From: Octopus sinensis | Lineage: Eukaryota | Assembly (NCBI RefSeq): GCF_006345805.1 | Contig: NC_043003.1 | Span: 52,142,001-52,206,000 of the forward strand | DNA length: 64,000 nucleotides | Reading direction: 5' to 3' | Made by a program: the position numbers and the translations under genes | Shown here: positions 11,047 to 24,668 of the stretch, piece after piece | Numbering within the stretch: the stretch's first letter is position 1 | How the letters are laid out: every line of letters starts with the position of its first letter | Notes under the pieces: generated by a model | The model's database searches: none | Told to the model about the DNA's origin: nothing | What the model saw: only the letters and a program-made list of their open reading frames with translations

Positions 11047-11299
11047 TTGCGGATCAAGCCTACAAAAACATTTGATTTTTTTCATCATTTGTTAATGGTT
11101 TAATTAAATGATATTTAGTTATGCCAAAACTTACTTTTTTAAAGCGTAGAATACACACATAAGCCATTCAAAACGCACAAAGACTATTAACTTGACTTAA
11201 ACATTTGTTATTTGATGTCAAAATTTTTGTCAGCGACCTGGCCACTGAAGCGGTTCCACTGTATCTAGTTTGGGGCGAGTTTGTAGTCAGTATATATGT

Positions 11300-12560
11300 T
11301 TCAGGGTTATAAATATGATATAATCTATATATGTCAGTCTTATTTTATTGCTTTTTAACTCTTAAAAATATTCTTATGTTGAATATCACGGTTTATAAAT
11401 TCTATTTGTTTGTGAAGTTGCCTCTCACTTTAAGATCTCTCACTAAGGGAAGTAACTGAATCGTTAAGTAAACGTATTCCTTGGTTTGACGGCGGTTGAG
11501 GTAGGATGTATGTGTTGGCTCTACTTGATCTAGTATAACGTGGGGACTACCTTTGTCATTTATGAAGTTGTTTCATGTTAATGGAAGAATGGGGATCTTT
11601 TGATTACATTTTCCACATATAATTGGTTTGTGAGTTTAGTAACTTCAGTTTGGTACGTTTAGTTCTTTTTCAATTATATTTTATGGGCCTTTAGGTGGCA
11701 ATATCCGTTTTGGTTTATTTTCTTAAGTCATACGTTTCACAGCTGCAGTTCTGTGACAGTTTATTCGATTTTACCTCCTTTTCTTTTTCGTTTGGTACCG
11801 GATGAGTTTTATATTTTTGTTGTTTATGAGGGAATTTTGGGGATAAATAGAGGTATGTTAATCTTTTAGTTATTTTTTCCATATTTAATTGATTTATATG
11901 TTTGGTAACGTATTTAATTGATTTGTGTGTTTAGTAACTTCACTTATTTTATGTTTTATAATTCTTTAGATGGCAATGTCCGCTTCGGTTTATTTCCTTT
12001 AATTCATATTTTTAATAGCAACAGTTCTGTGACAATTTATTCGTTTTGATTCTTTTATAATTCATTAAGTTGCAGAACCCCTATTTCGTTTTTATTTATT
12101 TCTTTGTTCGTTCTTTTTTATTTGTGCTTAGGAACGTCATACAGCTGTTAACTCAATAAACTTTCTGAACTAATGATTAGCTCCTCTTTGGATCTGTTAT
12201 TCCCAGTTAATAATTATATATAGCATAGATATTTATGATGCTCTTCACACCAGCGTATAAAATCGTACTGTCCAGGTGTCGAAACTATAAGGAATTCTGA
12301 TTGGCAGCCGAGGACGGGATGCTTACGTTTGTTGCTTTTATTTATTTATTTATTTATTTATTTAAGTTATTTGTAGTGAGCCTTTTATACTCTCGACATT
12401 TCAGTGTCATCCTCCATTGTAATCCTGGTTCTAGTCGGATTTTTCTGTTGTTTTGAAATTGTCTGAGTAGAGTTTTTATTTTGGTTCGTAAGTTAATTGA
12501 TTACGGTATATGAGTGATAAGCATCTGTTGTCGATGAGGTGTTGTTCTTCGTGTTTTAAT
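11300..12560 (-). mobile_element. Probable decayed PLE segments
   Basis: Codon-like remnants on the minus strand (FIPKIP, YLNRRQTKEYV, LIYRNQL) and an internal ~90-bp direct repeat (11700/11970). Family assignment is weak. Confidence 0.3.
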
Positions 12561-13121
12561 GTGTGTTGATTTAATAGAACTCTATAAATTGGCTTGTATG
12601 GTTAGTGCTAACCATATTTGTTATAGTCCTTCTGTTGGACACACACACACACACACACACACGCCCACACACTGGAGTTGATGATATTACATTTATTCCT
12701 TCGGTACGATAATAACAGACACATAATGAGGATAAATGATAATTATGTAATATTGTGTGTGTCTGTGTGTGTACGTTCATGTATTGTAAAGTCAAAACGC
12801 TCTTGAAAAATCAAGAACAGCAACTCACGAAGAACATAGTACAGCGAATATGATATGGGGTGTCATACCATTTCGGACGTTGATTTTTTTTTCAGAAAGA
12901 GATAAATAGGAGAAATAGTGAGTGTGTGGATATTTTAATTAAATTTTGTAATTAAAATATTTAACTAAAGAATTAATTCAAAAATTTTTTAAGAAATTTA
13001 AAATAGTGAAACAAAACTAATAAAAAATAAACATATAAAAATGATAAAATAATATATTTGAGCAGGATACGAGGGCAGTGGTTCGCAACCATTTTTTTGC
13101 CCATGGACCCCTTTGATTTCT

Positions 13122-13350
13122 TATTTCTTTACTGCCCACAAGAGGCTAAACACAGAGGGGACAAACGAGGACAGACAAAAGGATTAAGTCGATTAGATCG
13201 ACCCCAGTGCGTAATTGGTACTTAATTTATCGACCCCGAAAGGATGAAAGGCAAAGTCGACTTTGGCAGAATTTGAACTCAGAACGTAACGGCAGACGAA
13301 ATACCGCTAAGCATTTCGCCCGGCGTGCTAATGTTTCTGCCAGCTCGCCG
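13122..13350 (-). mobile_element. SINE family A, full length
   Basis: Complete head to tail; TSD CCTTTGATTTCT (13110-13121 / 13351-13362). Confidence 0.92.
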
Positions 13351-13452
13351 CCTTTGATTTCTATGTTACTCTACTGGACCGCCATAGCCATTTGAAGTCT
13401 ATATATATATATATATATATAAAACACCGTATTTTTATAATTAAATATTACT

Positions 13453-13848
13453 AGGAAGTGGCGGTGTGGAAAGTAGCTTGTTTACCAACCATATGGTTCC
13501 GGTTTCAGTCCCACTGCGTGGCACTTTGGGCAAGTGTCTTCTACTATAGCCTCGGGCCGACCAAAGCCTTGTGAGTAGATTTGGTAGACGGAAACTGAAA
13601 GAAGCCTGTCGTATATATATGTGTGTGTGTGTGTGTTTGTGTCTGTGTTTGCTCCCCTCCCCCCAACATCGCTTGGCAACGGATGCTGGTGTGTTTACGT
13701 CCCCGTAACTTAGCGGTTCGCCAAAAGAGAACCGATAGATTAAGTACTTGGCTTACGAAGAATAAGTCCTGGTGTCGATTTGCTCGACTAAAAGGCGGTA
13801 CTCCAGCGCGGCCGCAGTCAAATGACTGAAACAAGTAAAAGAATAAGT
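13453..13848 (+). mobile_element. SINE family B, near full length
   Basis: Collinear with 6334-6722. Confidence 0.9.
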
Positions 13849-14487
13849 ATATAAAAATAACTAAAATATTTTGTGTATTGTTGAAGTAGCAGCAATCCAT
13901 TGCTCATAGATTTTAATAAGAAAATTTTATATGGCTCCGCAAGGGCCATGTGGGCCCCCGTCAAGAACCACTACACTAGGGATGGTGAAGGGATAAAATC
14001 CACTGACGATTGCTGCTTTAGGGCGGAATCAACAGGGTGTGGGAGCGAGTTTGTAGTGGTATGCATCGGAGTGTTGCCTTTAAGCGAGGAAAAGGGGGAA
14101 AGACCTATCGACTCTGTGCGATCATACAACATCCAAGAAATAGAAGATAGCTTTTTCTCAAGCAATACTCTGATGTCTTGAAATGAGCGGAACACATTAG
14201 ATCATGTAATATCGTAGATTACGCACAAATTGAATAGACACAAATAGAATGGAAAGTCCTTTATCTTTATAGTCACGATGCCTACAATGCTTTTGATCAC
14301 ACAACTGCTCTGTTAGAGTTGACCTGGGGTTATATCACAACTACAACATGATATCTACATGTGTGTGTGTGAGGATGAGAGATTGAGAAAGTTGGTGAGT
14401 GGGAGAGTGAGAGAGAGAGGTGTATGTACGTGAAAATTGTTGCATGCGAGTGCGTATGCGTAAAAATGCATATAAGTATGTATGTAT

Positions 14488-14575
<88 letters not shown>

Positions 14576-15869
14576 CGAAATTCTTCTGTTGTAGTTGGAA
14601 CTAGATGATTTAGATGGAATATATTTATAGGCGGCTCCTAAAAGATCAAATAACAGAGATACAAGGATCAGGAAGGGAGGTTGTTATTGTTGTTGAACAC
14701 CAAGTTATCTAAAGTTCAAAAGAGAAAACCTATGATCAAAATTAAAGGTAATTCTACACATGACTATCCCTGTCTATTTAGTGATATATATGTAGGACTA
14801 CATCATCCAATGTGAACTTAAAATCACATTTTAAAACGGTTTAGGTTTCCTTTGAAGGAAATTTGGCTTCTATTTCTAGCAGACCGATTGGCCACATAGA
14901 TGGGTTGACTTGTTGAGTTCCTTGGATGAACTGATTTTATAAAGACTGTAAAGTGGCTCAGCGGTTAGCGTGTTCGGTAGAATGCTTTGCAGTGTTTGTT
15001 CCTATTCTGTGGTCAAATCACACCTAGAATTTGCTTTATATGTTACTTGTTTTCATCATTGGGCTGCAACCATTCTAGGGCACCATCTTGAAGGGTTTCA
15101 GTTCAACGAATCGACCGTTGTTTCTTAAAACTTTTTTTAAACCCTGGTACTTATTCTATGAGGTCCACCGAGCCGTTAAGTTACGGGTTTGTAAACCAGC
15201 ACCGGTTGTCAAGTGGTAGATGACACAAAGACATACACATACGCACACACACATATATATAGACGACGGGCTTCCACGCAGTTTCCGTCTACAAAATTCA
15301 CTCAAAAGGCTCGGAGCACTTGTCCCAGCTGGGACTAAACCTGAAACTATGTGGTGGCAAAGCGAGCTTCTTAAATACACTAAGTTTCAAAATATTAAAA
15401 ACTTCTTAATCTTATTAAGTATGACAATTCGTCTTCTCGCTTTTCAAACCTTACAAACTCATCCACTCAGAAGGGCTGCCTCCCCCAACCAGCAAAAGAA
15501 ATGTGAGGCGAGCTCTGAATGAGCAGTTATATATCATGGTCAAACGCACTTACAGCTTTGACCATTCCATCATTCCAAGTTGTTTGTCCGTGACTATGTG
15601 ATCATATCTCCGTTCTTCTCTGAAGACATGAATTGAGGAGGATGAGAACTGGACTGTTTCTAGCTGGTTAGATATACCTATACTTAAATCCCTGCTTTTC
15701 AAAGTGGGCCAAACAGTCATCCCCACCTATTGTAGGGTTAGCGAAAATTTTGATATAGGATCTAGGCACAAAAGTTGCCGTAGGGGATGATGGAAGCATC
15801 CGTACAAACTTTTAGTCTTCGTCTTCTATTTAAATATTTACTCTAAAAATGGTTTAAATGTAATATTAA

Positions 15870-16065
15870 CCCTTAGCCTGTCCTTTGTATAGCATGTGAT
15901 ACACAGGCGTCCATATATTTTACATGATACACATTCCCTAATTTTTCTATCACCAGAGTAACTTTGGACCTACGAAAGGAAAGTTTTATTATTACTCGAA
16001 ATATATAAAACATGGATTAACTAAAAGTCTGAACACAAACAAGGACGTTTTGGACAGACAAAGAG
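15870..16065. mobile_element. piggyBac-type MITE
   Basis: TTAA|CCCTTAGCCTGTCC...GGACAGACAAAGAG|TTAA. Confidence 0.7.
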
Positions 16066-16109
16066 TTAAGATAAGCCTCTTGTCAGCCTCAACCGCAATA
16101 ACTGCAACA

Positions 16110-16290
16110 TCTATTATATAAAGTCCGTTCTGTCTGTCTCTGTGTGTCTTCTAGGATCTCGGGCATCCTCCACCCGATTGCGCTCAAATTTGATATGTAG
16201 ATACCGACGGTATCAGGGCGTGTATAAGTCTTGAAAAAATTACAAAAATCGATTCCAGGTGAGAATGCGATCGACAAAGCCGTTTTTGTC
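16110..16290 (+). mobile_element. Non-autonomous Helitron 5' fragment
   Basis: A|TCTATTATATAAAG followed by (CTGT)-like repeats, as in 60896; the 3' CTAG end was not found. Confidence 0.5.
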
Positions 16291-17779
16291 CTGCTTTTAT
16301 TCCGTCAACCTGTACATAACTGCACCTTCCATTTTTTGTTGTTTTTGTACTGCTTAAAGGCACGTTTCTTTCCTGCCAAGCTTACTGTTGAAACCATGTT
16401 TGTGTTCTCCCAGTCAACAGCCTTATCATTACTGGTACTTTAAACTCTTCGGTTGCATATTTGAGTGAATAATATCGTTTTTCTTTGGAATAGAAAAAAG
16501 TCTATATTTATTTCTTCTTTTGCTGGTGTCTCAAATTTAGGTTAAATCAGTGTTTCTCAAAGGGGAGGCCTATGGGACGGTCGGACAAGTTGTTTTGAGA
16601 AAATTTGGTTTAAATGTTTGACAACTCAGCACCGTCCATTGGACGTGGGAGGGGGTTGCTCGTCAGTAATAACAGACTTCGAAATGTGAATAAGAAAATA
16701 AACGTAACCTAATATAATATGCCACCTATGTATGTAAAGTATAATTTAAGAGACACTGTTAACATTTGTGGTCATTTCCATTCATGAAATAAAGATGGTC
16801 GCTGCACGTGTAGCGTAAGGTAACATGACCGACTCGTTTTTAATTTTTATTATTTTTAGGCATAGTTTATCGTAGATTACATGTTCTAAATTCTTTTTCT
16901 TTATTAGGTGGTAATGTAATTTGAGAAAAAATTGACTGCTACTTTCAGGAAGCCTACTGACTTCGTAGAAGTTCACAAATTGCTGTTGTTATTGTTGTTG
17001 TGGCTCAAACTCAGGCCATCAATGAAATCATTTTACGTTTTCAACGACTACAGAATCTTTTTTTTTATATTTCAGATTAAAGGTGTGATTTGAGGAAGAA
17101 TTTGGTTGTAATTTCTGGCAAGTCGAGCAACTACGAAGAGGTTCCCTCCTTGGCTATTATAATAGGTCTGTTGTTGTTGTTGTTGTTGTTGTTCTTGATA
17201 TCATTTTTTAGCCCCAGGTCAGCTCTCACTGTGTAGACATATGATCAAAGGCGTTCCGGTCATAACCATCCGGTTCATCTCTTGGGAATTACATATCGAG
17301 GACTATTACACATTAGGACTATATTATCTAATGTGAATACAATCCATCGCAACCATTTCTGCGTAAGATTTGAGGTAAAATTAGCTGCTATTTCTAGGCA
17401 CACTGTTGTCCTTACTATTGCTGCCGTTGTTGCTGGTAGCGGTGATGGTGCCGGTGGTGGTGATGGTGGCGGAGTTGCCCTTCATTTTTCCTTATCGTTG
17501 TTTATGGCTTTCTGGTTGCCGTTACTTCTATACTGCTCGTTGTTGTTGTCTATGTTGTTGTTGTTGATGATGATGATGATGATGATACTTCGGTTGTTGT
17601 TGTTGTTGTTGTTGTTGTCCCTTGTTGGTGTTGCTGTTTGTTAACGATATGTGGTGAGAGGCGAGGTAACTTGGAATTCTGTTGAAGCCCACCCATGTTG
17701 AAGACATCCCGAAGTTAAACGTCAGTAGCGTGGTTGTGAGGTGAAGAATGTGTTACATCCTAAATCTCAAAACTGGCAG

Positions 17780-17840
17780 AGAGGCGGGGAACGGAGAGAC
17801 GGGAAGATTAGCAAACATTGCAGATAGAAAGAAAAGGACG

Positions 17841-17895
<55 letters not shown>

Positions 17896-18717
17896 GAGAA
17901 TACTGTGAAAGATAGACGGGCAAAGACTGAGAAGGACAGAAAGAGAGAGGGTAAGAGAGAAATAGAGAGAGAGAGGGGGGGGGGGAAGACAGAGAAACAG
18001 CGAGACAGACAAACAGGCAGTGAAAGAAAAAGGGGAAGAGAGAAAACTAGATAGCGGAGAGGAGAGAGAGAAAAGAGAGAGGGAGACAAAGAGACAGGCA
18101 AACATAGGCAGACGAAGAGAGAGAGAGAGAGAGAGAACTAGATAGCGGAGAGGAGAGAGAGAGGGGGAAGACAGAGAGACAAACAGACAGGCAGACAGAG
18201 AAAGAGAAAGAGTGAGAGAGAGAGAGAGAGAGGACTTGATAGTGGAGAGAAGAAAGAGACAAGAAAGAGTAAAAGGTGGCCAGGCGATGGACAGAAAGAC
18301 AGTGTGAGTATGTGTACACGAGTCTGTGTGTGCACGCGCTTGTGTGTGTGTGTGTGTATACGTGTATGTGTGTGTACACGTGTGTGCAAGAAGAAAGAGA
18401 GAGAGGGAGAGAGAGATGACGAATAAAGAACAGAACGGTAGGAAAAACAGACGTACAAAATATATAAATTATTTTATTAACATACTTGTTTTCATAATTT
18501 GTATTGAAAGACATGTCCTCTCGGCCTCGCTGTTGAAAGTGAACCAAGTGGTTACATACATCATACATTTCCACCTATCGGCGAGCAGAAAGATGTGGGT
18601 TCGATCCAAGCTGTTTCTAGTCTCATTAGACCCTCATTAGGCAAAGAATACCTATCTTCTATCCACAGAGAAATTTGTAGCTTATGGCTATCTATAATGT
18701 ATAAAGACCAGAACTCT

Positions 18718-18773
<56 letters not shown>

Positions 18774-19000
18774 CCCCTCTATTTCTCCCTCTCTTTATTT
18801 CTTCCTTTTTTTTCTTTCTTGCGCATACATACACAAGTATGCACATACGCACACATACACACTGTCTTCAGTCTTTTCCCTTCTCTTCTATCTAGTCCTC
18901 TCTCTCTTTCTCTCTCTCCTCTCTCTTTCTCTTTCTCTCTCTTTTTCCCTCTCTTTCTTTCCCTCTCACTATTCTTTCTTCCTTCCTTGCAGCTTACAGC
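17780..19000. repeat. Purine-rich (GA)n block 17780-18420 facing a pyrimidine-rich (CT)n block 18715-19000
   Basis: Direct reading; non-microsatellite anchors recur in inverted orientation (see findings). Confidence 0.8.
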
Positions 19001-19423
19001 TATCTATAATACATATAAACTGCACACCTGGCCAGACAAAATTTGCATAACAGTACACGTGCTGACAGCGTTAATGAATTAAATCATTCATCGTGCACTA
19101 CCTACTTGTACATGCTGATATGTAAGGTATACTTGTTTAAAATTAGACATAATCTACAAAAACATTAATGGCTATAAGTTATTCCAGTGTCTATAAATGT
19201 TTTCAATACATTCAATTATGCAAATTAGACTGACCAATTTAGTGGAGTCCTAGGCTATATACCTTATAAATAGCTATAAGCTACAAATCTCTTCATGAAT
19301 AGCAGATGGATATTCTTTCTCTGATGAACACCGAAGAAAACTTGTAACATTAATCCAATTTTCTACCACAGAATGACAAACTTTTTGGAATTACGACACC
19401 TTTACATAATAGCAACGAGATAT

Positions 19424-19522
<99 letters not shown>

Positions 19523-20321
19523 CTATGTTATTGATGTTATAAAGGCAGCCTTTGACTTTTTTGTATCGAAAGAGTGCTTTAATCAAATATCTATACGTTA
19601 TTATTTATAGCTTTATCTGCTTCGAAATTACAAAAAGAAATATTTCATACTAGCAGGACACGTGAATATTTCACGGAATTAATGGTAAACCTATTGGGTT
19701 ATTTCTGAAAACTTTATCCCCAAAACTTGAAAGCGTAGCCTGTGTTGTGTTTGTATGGAAAGATAGTTGTTCATCTGCTACTCATTGAAATGGTGAAAGA
19801 AATTGGAATACGATGACTACTTAATGCAGTTTATATATATACTTTATATACTTTATGTACACTTCTATAGGCTTAATACGCAGCACTCACAAAATAAATA
19901 TCCACTCTTATTTTTCCACTTTACCCATAAATAAAAAAATAATCCCGTACATATGATACAACCTTTAGCTAAATTGCATGTATCTGCTACGTAATTAAGC
20001 GTGAATATTTCACAGAATTGCAATTATGTACATGCGTTAAGTGATAGGTGATATAAAAATACTTAATTCAATTTTAATAATGCACTTTTCACAATCCAAT
20101 CTCTCTTCTTTTTCTTTCTCCTTTCTTTCTTTCAACTAATCATGTGAAAGAGTTACAATTACATTCCCTGTGCCTCACGTCATGGACGCTTTCCTCTCCA
20201 TCTTTTTCTCCCTCTTTTTTTTTCTCTCTCTCTCTCTCTTTTGTTTCTCCTTCTTTTTTTCTAATCACGTGAAAGCGTTGCCGTTGGGCTAAGTAACGCA
20301 ATGACAAGCAGAATTACAAGA

Positions 20322-20552
20322 TTCTCGAAGATTATAAATTCTTACGACGTCAACAACAGACAATCCTCGCTGGTGAGAAAAGAGCTCCTAAACTAGATAA
20401 AGAATTTCGAGGGATTGCTTTGGTCTAATGGTAGAGCACCTGTCATGTTTACAGGTGTGGATTCGTGTCTCATGGGCAGACTTCGGCTTTTTCTAACCAA
20501 AGGGTTTCTCAACTCAATATTTACATGTTATATTTATATCTTTATTTGCTTC
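20322..20552 (+). repeat. Repeat family D with an internal tRNA-like module (20411-20482)
   Basis: Aligns with 22241-22471 both upstream and downstream of the tRNA-like part; GGTCTAATGGTAGAGC A-box. Confidence 0.7.
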
Positions 20553-21208
20553 CAGAGACGCCGTTCCTAAAAAGAATATATAATATATATATATTTAGTC
20601 GATTTCGCTTAATTTCATACGGGATAATTACTTAACTTTCGAAAGTTTGTAAGATGTTAATCTATGTAAAAGAAGTGAGACAAAATGAGTCACATATATT
20701 CAGTTATTTCAATGAATTAAAAATTATCGGAGTTTAGATTTCAGTGTCTTTTTATCTTCTTTTTTTTATTGTGTTATAAAATTCTTAAAAACAATAAATT
20801 TTCGTGGTAAATAAGTTTTGCAGAAATAACCTGTGATTGATTCGATTAATTTATTTTCTTAATCCGCGTTAACTAAGTTATTAGCATAAAGTAATTTAAA
20901 GTATGCGACAGTTATTGTTGGGATATTCTGGCTAAGCTCGGGCAATTGAAGAAGGGCGGTAAAAACCTTCTAGGGAATTATAAAACCTCCTTGAATGTTA
21001 CCGCTATGCAATTCAGGAGCAATGAGTCTCCACCAAAGTTTTTATTTATTTATTTATTTACATAAAAAACAAAAAAACTAGTTTCGCCATTCCATAGCAA
21101 AACCATTGTACTATACTTTGACAATTTTTGATATCTTGGCATCTGAAGCAGCTGGTGATACGACAATTTGACCAAAAGAAACGGCTATTGCAAGCAAAAA
21201 TAAATATT

Positions 21209-21420
21209 CTTTCCTACTCTAGGCACAAGGCCCGAAACTTTTGGGGAAGGGGCCAGTCGATTAGATCGACCTCAGTACGCAACTGGTACTTAATTTATCG
21301 ACCCAGAAAAGATGAAAGGCAAAGTCGACCTCGGCGGAATTTGAACTCGGAACATAAAGATAGACGAAATACCGCTAAGTATTTCGCCCGGTGTGCTAAA
21401 ATTTCTACCAGCTCGCCGCC
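21209..21420 (-). mobile_element. SINE family A
   Basis: Full head; TSD AAGCAAAAA(G)TAAATATT at 21192-21208 / 21423-21440. Confidence 0.9.
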
Positions 21421-21539
21421 TTAAGCAAAAAGTAAATATTGAAAAAAACGTATTTGGCAAAATTTGGACATACGATGGTTTAATATAATAGCAACGATAT
21501 ATATACAAGATGATCCCAAGATCTATCTATCTATCTATG

Positions 21540-21585
<46 letters not shown>

Positions 21586-21798
21586 CACGCATGCACATGC
21601 ACACACATACACACATATACATACATACAAACATACATGTATACAAACATATGTACATGCATGCATACATACATACAGACAAACAGACGCGTGTATTTGT
21701 ATGTAAGCGTATTTCTATGCACTCATTTCAGTGCAGTAAAACAACAGCAAGTAAAATGATAATACAAACACAGACACGCACATACACACGCACGCGCG

Positions 21799-21839
<41 letters not shown>

Positions 21840-22240
21840 CACACACACACACACACACACATTGCTTAGACATCCCAGCCGTAATTTACTATTCATTCAT
21901 ATTGGTTCTATCAATTAGCTAAAGTGTTAGATTCCAAAACTACCTACCACTTTATGAATACATATGCAAGCCGGCGTATATATTCTAAGTGTAAATTGCA
22001 CCAAGCGAATGATATACTCGTATACGCTGTACTGTTTACCCAAAAGCTAAATGTGTGCTGAAGCACTCAAAACTGTAGCTCGGAATAAATACAAAATCTA
22101 TATACATGACAAACTTGCAGCAACAATCATTAGTTCGGTTTTGTTTGCACAGAAACGAGCTACGACCATTTTGTGAGGATAGAAATGAAAGCTTTCGAAA
22201 ACGATGAAGTGAAGTTGCTTTGGGACTTTCCCAGGTGTTC

Positions 22241-22471
22241 TCTCGAAGTGTATAAATTCTTATGACATCAACAACAAACAATTCTCGCTGGTAAGAATAA
22301 AGCTTCAAAAACGGATACAGAAATTTGAAGGGTCACTGAGGTCCAATGGAAGAACGCCTATGATGTGTACAAGAGGTGTGGGTTCGAATCCCACAGGTAG
22401 CCTTCGACATTTCTACTGAAGGATTTTTAACCCAATGCTTGCACACTATTATTTATAGCTTTATTTGCTTC
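22241..22471 (+). repeat. Repeat family D, second copy (tRNA-like module 22330-22402)
   Basis: Perfect T-arm GTGGG-TTCGAAT-CCCAC. Confidence 0.7.
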
Positions 22472-22715
22472 GAGATCCACAATTTGTTTATGTTTCCGTA
22501 AAAAAAAAAGAAGAGAAGTCGATAGAATAAGTACCAAACTTGAAATAAGTCCTGGGGTCGATTTGATGAACTAAATCTTTTGCAATTATGCCCCAGCATG
22601 ACCGCAATCAAATGACTGTGACGAATTTAAGAATAAAAGAATATATATAAAATTAGATAGCTTTGGGCCGTTATTAGCCCATGCCTTGTCCAATTTCATG
22701 TGTGTGTGTGTGTGT

Positions 22716-22748
<33 letters not shown>

Positions 22749-23321
22749 TTGCATATATACACTCATACACATACAGAGAGAGAGAGAGTGTGCGTGGGTG
22801 ATAGATTGTGTTTGTGTGTGTGTGTATAACTGTATACAACTACATTATTCAGACTTAACACTCAGCCATGTTTTAGTAATATCCATGCTTCCAATTAGCC
22901 ACATTTGACAGTATGCAAAAGTGGGAGCCATGGATGGGTGGGTAGGCTTCTTCAGCTTCTGGTGGTCTTTCCAGTTGCCACTTAATTGAATCAGACGCCA
23001 AATTAGCTCTAATAGAATTACACATGTGTGTAACAGAATCTTCTGATGAGACAAGTTTGAATGTCTTAAGTAATGTGTCAGCGGAGATACCAGCTCGCGC
23101 ACAGACACACATATACACATACGCTCATACATAAATACTCACAAACAAGCAAGCACATACACACACATACGAACATACAGAGAGACACACAAACACATAC
23201 ATACATACATACATGCATACATACATAACTTTTCTCCTTTTCTCTCTCATTGACCTCTCCTCTCTTTCTTTAGCTCTTTTTCGTTTTTCACTTTGTCATT
23301 CATTCATTTTCTCGCAAACAC

Positions 23322-23374
<53 letters not shown>

Positions 23375-23644
23375 CACAAATACATACACACAGACACACA
23401 TATTTATATATAGACATACATGTATATGCTCATATACTTATACCTATCCATAGAAATACATACATGCAAGCATACAATATATTCTATCTGTAGCTGTTTC
23501 GGTTTTTGTTTTGCTTGTTTTGCCGGCCTTTCCTGAGGTTGCATTATATATTATGCCTTTTACATTGCTGGTTTCATGGGAATTTTCACAATAGGAGCCA
23601 AGGAGCCTATTATCCTACTAAGGCACTTATACTTATCATCAGGT

Positions 23645-23873
23645 TATTCTTTCTCTTTTTCATTTATTTGTTTCAGTCATTTTACTGCGGCCATGCTGGA
23701 GCACCGCCTTTAGTCGAGCAAATCGACCCCAGGACTTATTCTTTGTAAGGCTAGTACTTATTCTATCGGTCTCTCTTGCCGAACCGCTAAGTGACGGTGA
23801 CGTAAACACACCAGCATCGGTTGTCAAGCGATGTTGGGAGGACAAACAGAGACACACAAACATACACATACAT

Positions 23874-23961
<88 letters not shown>

Positions 23962-24107
23962 ACGGGCTTCTTTCAGTTTCCGTCTACCAAATCCACTCAC
24001 AAGGCTTTGGTCTGCCCGAGGCTATAGTGGAAGACACTTGCCCAAGGTGCCACGCAGTGGGACTAAACCCGGAACCATGTTGTTAGTAACCAAGCTTCTT
24101 ACCACAC
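23645..24107 (-). mobile_element. SINE family B
   Basis: Collinear with other copies; expanded internal (CA)n/(TA)n. Confidence 0.9.
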
Positions 24108-24129
24108 ATATCAAAATAGAAGCATAAAC

Positions 24130-24420
24130 CAAAATTAGAGGATGTAAACATTGCTGAGCCATGAGATGAAGTGAAACCTTCCACTTTGAACTGTATTTGA
24201 GAAATATATGGTGAAGCTGTTTCCTTGACTTTACAAGTTTTTTTCACAAGAAGAAAGTCTGCATCAAATTCGGAAAGATCTTGTGACACTCGCAAATGAT
24301 GTGGAGTTTTTAGGAATCAAAGAAGATTATATGATTTAATTTGCTAATATCACAAAGAGAAAGTTCATCTAACTAGGAGCTAATGCTGTTTGAACATGAA
24401 CAAGCTGAGGATACAGATAG
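24130..24420 (+). mobile_element. Tigger/pogo-like transposase C-terminal relic
   Basis: EESLHQIRKDLVTLANDVEFLGIKED resembles the pogo/Tigger C-terminus; interrupted by stops. Confidence 0.45.
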
Positions 24421-24538
24421 AAATAAGAAAATTTCATCAACTCCACTTAGAGAGTATTCCTAAATGTTTAGCACTTACAACTCCACTTCAACTCTACTGC
24501 AAAGAATATTCTTAAATGTTTGGCACTTACAAAGAATA

Positions 24539-24668
24539 CCGTAAATCCTCGAGTATAGTCCGCCCTTGAGTATAATACGAAAATATTTTTCATTTTTAAC
24601 CTCGTATATAGTACGCACTAGGGATTTTGACCTTTAAATTTTGAGGGAAAAATATGGATTATACTCGA
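24539..24668. mobile_element. Tc1/pogo-type MITE, right end truncated
   Basis: TA|CCGTAAATCCTCGAGTATA ... TATACTCGA. Confidence 0.55.

Larger units (their letters stand above)
13076..13973 (+). mobile_element. hAT (Buster/Charlie-like) MITE carrying two SINE insertions
   Basis: TIRs CAGTGGTTC..AACC / GTCAAGAACCACTA; 8-bp TSD tacgaggg/cactaggg (6/8 identical). Confidence 0.7.

Noticed and set aside
12230-12290. ACACC..GGTGT-C-GAAAC, hammerhead-like
   Set aside because: No CTGANGA (reads TATGATGC) and no stem I.
22940-23070. CTGAAGA-AGCC..GGCT (minus strand) and CTGATGA-GACA..TGTC (plus strand)
   Set aside because: Stem II-like pairing is present but no GAAA follows; expected by chance.
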